Of a stretch of DNA of 64,000 nucleotides, positions 11,325-20,500 are shown piece by piece. The notes below the pieces were generated by a model. The model ran no database searches and was not told the origin of the DNA. It saw nothing but the letters and a program-made list of their open reading frames with translations. Origin of the DNA: Eledone cirrhosa (taxonomy: Eukaryota); NCBI GenBank assembly GCA_964016885.1, contig OZ024740.1, forward strand, positions 425,568,001 through 425,632,000. The letters run 5' to 3'. The position numbers were made by a program, and so were the translations under genes. Position 1 is the first letter of the stretch, and each line of letters opens with the position of its first letter.

Positions 11325-11810
11325 CGTATGTACATACATACATATGCACATACATAAGTACATACGTATGAATGAATGTGGATAGGTTGTGTGTGTGTGT
11401 ATGTATGTATGTATATGTATATATATATGTATGTATGTCCTGGTTTTATTATTTTTATAAATCTTTGTATTTATGTATATACGCCCGTACGTATGTATGT
11501 ATGTATGTATGTATGTATGTATGTATGTATGTATGTATGTATGTATGTATGTATGTATGTATGTATGTATGTATGTACGTACGTACGTCCGTATGTATAT
11601 ATGTATGTATATATGTAAGTATGTAAGTAAATATTTATGTATGTATGTATTTATATATGCATGTATGCGTATGTATGAATTTATATATGTATGTTTATGT
11701 TGTATGTATATATGTATGTCTATGTATTTATTTATATATGTATGTCTATGTATGTATTTATATATGTATGTATGTGTATGTATTTATATATGTATGTATG
11801 TGTATGCATA
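11325..11810. repeat. (TATG)n microsatellite and degenerate flanks
   Basis: Read directly from the sequence. Confidence 0.92.
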
Positions 11811-12279
11811 GTTAATTAACTCTATACGTGAGAAGAAAATAAAATAAATCGTGGCGAAGGGCGGAGATTGCTACTGGAAAAAAAAATAAAAAAACAAAAA
11901 ATAAAACCACACACACAAAAACCAACGAAGATCCAAATTAAAGATATTGAACACTGCCAATGTCAGGACACATATCAACGTTAGTTTAAATCAGGAAATG
12001 AAAATACGATGATGTTCGTAGCCATCTTGCCACATAAATAGCCGATGACTATTGGTCAAATGTCATAGACAGTCATGTGGTACATGCATATTATTGCAAG
12101 ATAGTTATATGTATTTTCACTCTAATAAAATGCAGAGATTCAACGTTGGGGTGGGGTGGGACTGGTTTATATTTGAACCACCAAGAGAGAGACTATGTAG
12201 TCAGTCCAACATGGAGAAACACCAGTAAACCGGTTGTACACGGCGAATGATGTAGTCTTGAACCTCTTGTAAATAGGCA

Positions 12280-12367
12280 AATGGGTGAATAGATAAAGCT
12301 AGAAAGGGTTTGATCATATATAAAGATATATGATCAAACCCTTTCTAGCTTTGTCTATTCACCCATT
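12280..12367. repeat. Near-perfect inverted repeat, 42-bp arms, 4-nt loop
   Basis: AATGGGTGAATAGATAAAGCTAGAAAGGGTTTGATCATATAT-aaag-ATATATGATCAAACCCTTTCTAGCTTTGTCTATTCACCCATT, one mismatch. Confidence 0.92.
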
Positions 12368-12381
12368 CTGTTCTTATATAT

Positions 12382-12790
12382 AGTTATACTTGGGGAGGGT
12401 CATATTGTTATAATATTGCCAGAAATAATAACAGAACACACTAACTGTTTGGTTGGTTTATTAAATAAAATGGCGTAGACATTACGATACAATAGGAGGA
12501 AACATAATAGTACCATTGATGATGTTGCACATGTGCAACGAAAGAACTTTGATAGACTATATATATATATATATATATTTATATCTGTATTTTTAACCGC
12601 TGGTCAATAAATGATAAACGTTGATTGCCAAATAAATTAACTATAGAGATATAAAAGATACAGAAGTGAAAACCAACCAAACAGTGAGTGTGTTCTGTTA
12701 TTATTTCTGGCAATATTACAACAATATGACCCTCCCCAAATATAACGATATTTGTTTCGACACACGATTTCATATCAAAACAAACAAATA
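12382..12790 (+). mobile_element. Penelope pseudo-LTR, subfamily 1 (copy B), preceded by an inverted partial copy
   Basis: 12462-12790 matches copy A and adds the ORF start MTLPKYNDICFDTRFHIKTNK (ATG 12726). 12382-12459 is the reverse complement of ~12670-12746. Confidence 0.85.
12510..12555 (+). ncRNA. Hammerhead ribozyme, C3-to-U core variant (probably impaired)
   Basis: TACCA-TTGATGA-T-GTTGCAC(at)GTGCAAC-GAAA-GAACTT-TGATAG. Confidence 0.7.
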
Positions 12791-12802
12791 TATATATATA
12801 TA

Positions 12803-13000
12803 CATAACAAAGGAATTGTGGTAAGGAACCAGATGAACCATGACTCACCAGAGTACTCAATACTTAGGGTAGTAGAGTGGGAAATAGGAAAAAGTATGAC
12901 CCCGACGGCAGAGCTCAAGCCGTTTCGACGGCTATTTCTGGACTACAAATAGCCGTGGAAACGGCTTGAGCTCTGCCGTCGGGTCATACTTTTCCCTATA
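12803..13000 (-). mobile_element. Second copy of the short fold-back element (see 7812-8008)
   Basis: Tail 12803-12883 is the reverse complement of 7930-8008. Arms ~12884-12937 and 12947-13000 contain GAAACGGC-ttgagctct-GCCGTC. Confidence 0.7.
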
Positions 13001-13088
13001 TATATATATACAAATAAAATATAGAGTTATTAACTCATATTGATACCCTGCAATTAACAAGCTCAAAGTATAAATACTGAGCATTATA

Positions 13089-13478
13089 TAATATATGTAG
13101 AAATAAACACAGCAATTTCTGCGTCCAAAATTACGAGAGTAGATTTTACCACAAATGTTTATATATTTAAACTGAAACATACAGTTGGATACAAGATTTG
13201 CTATACATACCGTATTAATAACGATTTCATCTCTCGGAGACTAAAGATTTAATCTGTTTCGCCCTGAAAAAATTGTGTTTGTAACAGATAATCCTTAGGC
13301 ATTTTTTCAGGGCGAATCTTTAGTCAGTCCGAGAGATGAAATCGTTATTGATACGGTATGTATAGGAAATCTTGTATCTTACTGTATTTTTCAGTTTAAA
13401 TATATAAAACATTTGTTGTAAAATCTACCCTCGTAATTTTAGACGCAGAATTTGCAGTGTTTATTTCTACATATATTA
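13089..13478. repeat. Long imperfect inverted repeat (~180-bp arms), probable fold-back pLTR of another Penelope family
   Basis: Arms ~13089-13272 and ~13300-13478, e.g. TATGTAGAAATAAACAC / GTGTTTATTTCTACATA, CATACCGTAT / ATACGGTATG, TTCGCCCTGAAAAAAT / ATTTTTTCAGGGCGAA. Confidence 0.85.
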
Positions 13479-13689
13479 ATATATATTGTTATACTTGGGG
13501 AGGGTCATATTTGTGTAATATTGCCAGAATTAATAACAGAACACACTCACTGTTTGGTTGGTTTTCGCTTTTCGCTTCTGTGTCTTTTATATCGGTAATC
13601 TAATGTATTCGGTCCTCAATGTTGCCATTGACTGACCAACGGTAAAAAATAATACAGATACAATATAGACACACACACATATATATAGT

Positions 13690-13735
13690 TTATCAAAGTT
13701 CTTTCGTTGCACATCTGCAACATCGTCAGTGGTGC
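13690..13735 (-). ncRNA. Type I hammerhead ribozyme in the Penelope 3' pLTR (sense to the ORF)
   Basis: Minus strand ACCA-CTGACGA-T-GTTGCA(gatg)TGCAAC-GAAA-G-aa-CT-T/TGAT, ~280 nt downstream of the ORF stop. Confidence 0.87.
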
Positions 13736-14008
13736 TATTGTTTCCTCCCGTTACATTGTATGTCTACGCCATCTTTATTTAGTCTGTTTATATATTTATT
13801 TATTTATTTGTTTGTTTGTTTATTTTATTTTGTCTTCTTTGGCATGCGTTTGCGTGTGTGTATAGTGTTTTGTTTGATGTGTGTTCGTGATTGGGTGACT
13901 GTGTATTGGTTAATGTATTCTATCTTTACTAGTGTGTGTTTATATGTGTTTGTTGTTATTGTGCTTGTTTATGTATTTATTTATTTATTTATCTATTTAT
14001 TTATTTAT

Positions 14009-15373
14009 TTATACTTCTCTTACGTCAGTGTTGTTTGTTTGGGTGTTGTTGTTATTCCATTCATTCTTTCTGTTTAGCCTTGGCCTTCTAAGTTCTATTT
14101 CATTGGCCTCTCTGATTTGCCTATCTGCTGGGTCATTTCTATGTTTAGATATTATTCTAATTTCTATGTTGTCTATGTTACCGTCGTGTTGTTGTCTGGC
14201 ATGTTCGTATAGTACTGATCCGTTTTTTCGTCCCTTTAGTTCCCCCCAGTGTTGGTCTATCCTTTCACCTATGCTACGAGCTGTCTCGCCTATGTATGTT
14301 GTTGTCATGTTTCTGCAAGTACCCTCTGTACATCTTATGCTATAGACTACGTTTCTAGTTTTACAGTTTATCCGGGGGTTTACCTTACATATGATACATT
14401 TCCTATTAGTACAGTGGGTTTTCTTAAAAGGGTAGGTTTTGCTGATCAGGGATTTTATGGTGGTTCCTGGCTTTTCTACCACCTTAATCTTTAAGTGGGT
14501 CTTTCTCAGGGCCTTTCTACACTGGTTAGCTAATTTCCCTCCAGGGGTAGCGTCCACAAACATGACACTCTGGTATCTCTGGTTGTCGTACCATGAGGTG
14601 GCTTTCCCTATCTTATGTCTAGCCCTATCTAAGCTATTCCATGATTTGCTCCTGTATAATGGGCAAATTCCTTTGATGTCCAGTTCTATGAGGGTCTTAT
14701 ACTTCTCCATGGCTCCTTCGTATACTCTGACTCTGTCTCTTTGGTTGTAGCCAGAGAACTGCATGCGGTTGATGAAGTGTTGGATGTGTCTTTCCATTTC
14801 TGTTGGGTCGCACATGCGGGACACATTCTTCATCACTCGTACCAAATCTGCGATCAGAATATTAAACTTAGCACTACTGGACATTGCTGAGTTTTTGAGT
14901 ATCAGGTATTTGGAGGCCATGGGTTTAGCATAGTGTGAGTGGAGAATTTGGGCTCTCTCGTCTATAGTGTTAATCCAGAGTTCCGTGTCTAATACAGGTA
15001 GTCTATTGTTAGGGTGTTTGGAAGGGAAGTCGATAGTTACAGTTATACTCTGGTGTATGGAATTAGCTATCTGCTGGATGCTTTCCATTGTGCTACGTTC
15101 TAAATCAAACTTGTTAGTGCTCTCTAGTGGGGATGCTCTTATAACTATATTGATATCGTCTACGTAACGAGAGTACATGATGAGGTCTATGGAGCTCTCA
15201 TTAAGGAGATCTTTAAGTCTCCTTTCCCACCATACCATAAAAAGGTTGGCAACATCACCAGCTATGCTGACGCCAATGGCTGCTCCCTCATTTTGGGTGT
15301 AGATCTCGTTGAACTTGAATATATGGCCCTTTAGGGTAGTTTTGATACTAGCCCCTATTGCATGTGCGACCAT
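14009..15373 (-). pseudogene. Penelope polyprotein C-terminal part: RT motifs 4-7, thumb, Cys-rich linker, GIY-YIG endonuclease
   Basis: FKFNEIYTQNEGAAIG, YSRYVDD, LPVLD, CTNRKCIIC, NVVYSIRC...YIGETARSIGERIDQH, RQIREA..I..RPRLN. Confidence 0.93.
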
Positions 15374-15386
15374 TTTTCTTACCTGA

Positions 15387-15899
15387 TCATTGTTTTGGGG
15401 GGTCCCTATAGCTTTGGTCCACCCAATCCACCTTTTTTGTCATTGAGGTTATGGTGGGGGGTCTACCTCTTATAGGTCTACTAGGGCAGAAACGTCTAAG
15501 GTCATGGCTGTCTAGGTAGTCAGTGTCGTAGGTAAGTCTAAGTAGGAGGCCCAGTTCGTATGTGTCGACGTCGCAGAACTCCACTTCACTCTCAATGATC
15601 ATCTCCACACATTTTTCCACAGCAAAATCAATGTTAATGGATGGGTACAGTGACACCACATCCATGCTGCCTATTATGCAGTTGGATAGGTTCCTGTTTT
15701 TGTTGCACTCACTGATTCTGCTGAGGAGGTCCTCTGTACTGTCACATACATCTGGGGACATCTTGATTATGGGGCGTATAACCATTGAGAGGAAGTAGGA
15801 GATCCTGTTGTTGCTAGCTATATTAGCTCCGCATATGGGTCTTGTTGGTGGTCCTGTTGTCGGGTCGTCGACTGTCTTGTGGTCTTGGAGCCCATACAA
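15387..15899 (-). pseudogene. Penelope RT motifs 1-3 fragment (frameshifted)
   Basis: MYGLQDHK..PPTRPIC (YGLxKxHK / P-RPI of Penelope RTs) and GSMDVVSLYPSI. Confidence 0.9.
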
Positions 15900-16415
15900 G
15901 GGTGGTATGCGACTGTTAGACGCCTGGAAGTTGTTGGCAGTGCGTCTGCTTGCTTTAGGATGTCAGTCCACATCATCATGTGAGCGTTGAGGATTTTCTC
16001 TCTCCCATCATGTGTTTGCTGTGCAATTTCGCTCGTGTTGGTGATGTGGGGTTGCATAGCCTTGATGTAGTTCGGCATGCTAACTATTGACATCCTACCA
16101 GACTTATCCGTGGGTAGACATAATACCTCACCATCCCTTGTGCGCTGCTTGAGGCTAACCAAGCTTTCTACAGGTTTCCTCCCAAGTTGTTGGGCCTCTG
16201 GTCTGCTCTGTCTCTCAGTATACCGGTCTACTATTTGTCTAATCTTATTTCTAGCTATGGTGAACTGTGCCTCTGTCTCGTCATCTATTTGCTGTGGTAT
16301 GCAAACTCTTTTATTAAAGGGTAACCTCGTAGGATAGATATTACCCATCATATATGTTTTGTCAGCTGGGTTGAAAAATAGTTTCTCTAAGGGGTTGTCA
16401 TTATATCTATCGTCA
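15900..16415 (-). pseudogene. Penelope pre-RT region fragment
   Basis: PTRLPFNKRVCIP..SLKQRTRDGEVLCLPTDKSGRMSIVSMPNY. The (P/A)DK(S/G) motif precedes Penelope RT domains. Confidence 0.85.
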
Positions 16416-16459
16416 TAGTATATATATAATATAGTATATGTAATATAGTATATATATAT

Positions 16460-16583
16460 AATATTGAAATGGCTTCTACAGGAGTAGAACTGTTTCATTC
16501 CGAGTAAATCATCAGGGAAGGGCTTTCCTGATGATTTCCTCCGAATGAAACAGTTCTAGTCCTGTAGAAGCTATTTCTATATT
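16460..16583. ncRNA. Palindrome with back-to-back hammerhead cores, one on each strand
   Basis: Plus strand CTTTC-CTGATGA(16528)-tttcctccgaat-GAAACAG-ttctagtc-CTGTA/GAAG. Minus strand CTTCC-CTGATGA-tttactcggaat-GAAACAG-ttctactc-CTGTA/GAAG. Stem II is weak. Confidence 0.65.
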
Positions 16584-17585
16584 AAATATCTATACACTGC
16601 TATGTATCGAATACCTTACTTACTGTGGTTACCCCCCGATTGAACCCGGGATACGTACACACACACACAGAGACACAGACAGACACACACACACACACAC
16701 ACATAACACACACACATATATATATATATAAAATACGGAGAACAGAATTCGAAGAGGGCTCAATATATTAACCACATATGGAAAAATGCAGGGCATAACA
16801 TTTTAAAATCAATTGACATCCAAATAGGTACTTGAAATATGATCAATCTAGCACATGAGAGCTTATTTAGTTTATTAGAACGGCCCCTCTACTATATAGT
16901 GGTGACCAGAACTGAACCCCGAAACCTAACGTCGCAAATAGATGTTAAATTTAATATAAACTGCGAGTCTTTAACTCCGTTTTTTCATTTGATATTTTGC
17001 CTCCTAATTTCTTTATTAGTTGAGCTTTCTAAGTTGAATGGTTATAGGTTGCCATTTCTAGCGGTCTCTTGGTCTATTCAAGCCACTGTATACTGTCTGG
17101 CGCGCGTGTTTTCGTTTCTCTCTCTCCGTGCTATTTTTCAGTTGTCTAAAATCTCTTTAGAAGTGTTGACCGTATCTTCTTTACACCTACCAACGAGCCC
17201 CGAGGGGTTATGGCACCAACACTGTTTAGGGCAAAACATTCTCTTCTTTCAGTCTGTCCAGGTGTTTCATAGTTATAAAGGTGAGTCTGTACATTTTAAT
17301 TTATCTTTTTAATTATTTTGTATTTCCACTCCTTTCGTAGACTTTATGTTCTTCACACTAGTGGTTCTATACCCCTCGTAATTGAAAACATACCCTTTTT
17401 GTGTATTCTCCTCTATTTATTGTATTATGAAGAGTCGGTACTTATTCCTTGAGCTCATTAATTGCAGGGTGTTAACACAAGTCTTAAATTTCGTTTCTTC
17501 ATTTCATATATATATTATTCTTTAGTTCCCTTTGGTCTTTATGGAGCATCTCGTGACTCTAGTCATTTCTAGAGCGATTTTGATT

Positions 17586-20500
17586 TATGTTGGTGAGGTA
17601 CCTAGTCTTGTGTCCTTCCCTCCACCATTCCCAATATATGTTGGTAAGTTACCTAGTCTTGTGTCCTTCCCTCCACCATTCCCAATATATGTTGGTGAGG
17701 TACCTAGTCTTGTGTCCTTCCCTCCACCATTCCCAATATATGTTGGTAAGGTACCTAGTCTTGTGTCCTTCCCTCCACCATTCCCAATATATGTTGGTAA
17801 GGTACCTAGTCTTGTGGCCTTCCCTCCACCATTCCCAATATATGTTGGTGAGGTACCTAGTCTTGTGTCCTTCCCTCCACCATTCCCAATATATGTTGGT
17901 AAGGTACCTAGTCTTGTGTCCTTCCCTCCACCATTCCCAATATATGTTGGTAAGGTACCTAGTCTTGTGTCCTTCCCTCCAGCATTCCCAATATATGTTG
18001 GTAAGGTACCTAGTCTTGTGTCCTTCCCTCCACCATTCCCAATATATGTTGGTGAGGTACCTAGTCTTGTTTCCTTCCCTCCACCATTCCCAATATATGT
18101 TGGTAAGGTACCTAGTCTTGTGTCCTTCCCTCCATCATTCCCAATATATGTTGGTGAGGTACCTAGTCTTGTGTCCTTCCCTCCATCATTCCCAATATAT
18201 GTTGGTGAGGTACCCAGTCTTGTTTCCTTCCCTCCACCATTCCCAATATATGTTGGTAAGGTACCTAGTCTTGTGTCCTTCCCTCCACCATTCCCAATAT
18301 ATGTTGGTAAGGTACCTAGTCTTGTGTCCTTCCCTCCACCATTCCCAATATATGTTGGTGAGGTACCTAGTCTTGTTTCCTTCCCTCCACCATTCCCAAT
18401 ATATGTTGGTAAGGTACCTAGTCTTGTTTCCTTCCCTCCACCATTCCCAATATATGTTGGTGAGGTACCTAGTCTTGTGTCCTTCCCTCCACCATTCCCA
18501 ATATATGTTGGTAAGGTACCTAGTCTTGTGTCCTTCCCTCCACCATTCCCAATATATGTTGGTGAGGTACCTAGTCTTGTGTCCTTCCCTCCACCATTCC
18601 CAATATATGTTGGTGAGGTACCTAGTCTTGTGTCCTTCCCTACAGCATTCCCAATATATGTTGGTGAGATACCTAGTCTTGTGTCCTTCCCTCTACCATT
18701 CCCAATATATGTTGGTAAGGTACCTAGTCTTGTGTCCTTCCCTCCACCATTCCCAATATATGTTGGTAAGGTACCTAGTCTTGTGTCCTTCCCTCCACCA
18801 TTCCCAATATATGTTGGTGAGGTAACTAGTCTTGTTTCTTTCCCTACACCATTCCCAATATATGTTGGTAAGGTACCTAGTCTTGTGTCCTTCCTCCACC
18901 ATTCCCAATATATGTTGGTGAGGTACCTAGTCTTGTGTCCTTCCCTCCACCATTCCCAATATATGTTGGTGAGGTACCTAGTCTTGTGTCCTTCCCTACA
19001 CCATTCCCAATATATGTTGGTAAGGTACCTAGTCTTGTGTCGTTCCCTCTACCATTTCCAATATATGTTGGTAAGGTACCTAGTCTTGTGTCCTTCCCTC
19101 CACCATTCCCAATATATGTTGGTAAGGTACCTAGTCTTGTGTCCTTCCCTCCACCATTCCCAATATATTTTGGTAAGGTACCTAGTCTTGTATCCTTTCC
19201 TCCACCATTCCAAATATATGTTGATAAGGTACCTAGTCTTGTGTCCTTCCCTCCAGCATTCCCAATATATGTTGGTGAGGTACTTAGTCTTGTGACCTTC
19301 CCTCCACCATTCCCAATATATGTTGGTGAGGTACCTTGTCTTGCGTCCTTCCCTCCATCATTCCCAATATATGTTGGTGAGGTACCTAGTCTTGTATCCT
19401 TCCCTCCACCATTCCCAATATATGTTGGTGAGGTACCTAGTATTGTGTCCTTCCCACCACCATTCCCAATATATGTTGGTAAGGTACCTAGTCTTGTGTC
19501 CTTCCCTCTACCATTCCCAATATATGTTCGTGAGGTACCTAGTCTTGTGTCCTTCCCTCCACCATTCCCAATATATGTTGGTGAGGTACCTAGTCTTGTG
19601 TCCTTCCCTCCACCATTCCCAATATATGTTGGTGAGGTACCTAGTCTTGTGTCCTTCCTCCACCATTCCCAATATATGTTGGTGAGGTACCTAGTCTTGT
19701 ATCCTTCCCTCCACCATTCCCAATATATGTTGGTGAGGTACCTAGTCTTGTGTCCTTCCTCCACCATTCCCAATATATGTTGGTGAGGTACCTAGTCTTG
19801 TGTCCTTCCCTCTACCATTCCTAATATATGTTGGTAAGTTACCTAGTCTTGTGTCCTTCCCACCACCATTCCCAATATATGTTGGTAAGTTACCTAGTCT
19901 TGTGTCCTTCCCTCTACCATTCCTAATATATGTTGGTGAAGTACCTTGTCTTGCGTCCTTCCCTCCATCATTCGCAATATATGTTGGTAAGGTACCTAGT
20001 CTTGTGTCCTTCCCTCCACCATTCCCAATATATGTTGGTGAGGTACCTAGTCTTGTGTCCTTCCCTCTACCATTCCTAATATATGTTGGTGAAGTACCTT
20101 GTCTTGCGTCCTTCCCTCCATCATTCCCAATATATGTTGGTGAGGTACCTAGTCTTGTGTCCTTCCCTCTACCATTCCTAATATATGTTGGTGAGGTACC
20201 TAGTCTTGTGTCCTTCCCTCTACCATTCCTAATATATGTTGGTAAGTTACCTAGTCTTGTGTCCTTCCCTCTACCATTCCTAATATATGTTGGTAAGGTA
20301 CCTAGCCTTGTGTCCTTACCTCCACCATTCCCAATATATGTTGGTAAGTTACCTAGTCTTGTGTCCTTCCCACCACCATTCCCAATATATGTTGGTAAGT
20401 TACCTAGTCTTGTGTCCTTCCCTTTACCATTCCTAATATATGTTGGTGAAGTACCTAGTCTTGTGTCCTTCCCTCCATCATTCCCAATATATGTTGGTGA

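Larger units (their letters stand above)
13485..16415 (-). mobile_element. Penelope-like retroelement (Neptune/Nematis-type), 5'-truncated: RT, GIY-YIG, 3' UTR and hammerhead-bearing pLTR
   Basis: Three frameshifted ORF pieces, then a low-complexity 3' UTR (14008-13780) continuous with pLTR copy C (13780-13485), which ends ATGACCCTCCCCAAGTATAAC. Confidence 0.92.

Noticed and set aside
1734-11811. Short ORFs such as YLSI-, MYVC-, YI- and ER-repeats
   Set aside because: They are microsatellite translations.
13760-16337. Plus-strand ORFs overlapping the Penelope element
   Set aside because: They are antisense shadows of the RT-EN ORF or of its low-complexity 3' UTR.
16839-17312. 157-aa ORF as a host gene
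   Set aside because: It has no recognisable motif, lies among repeat debris, and shows no splice or domain support.
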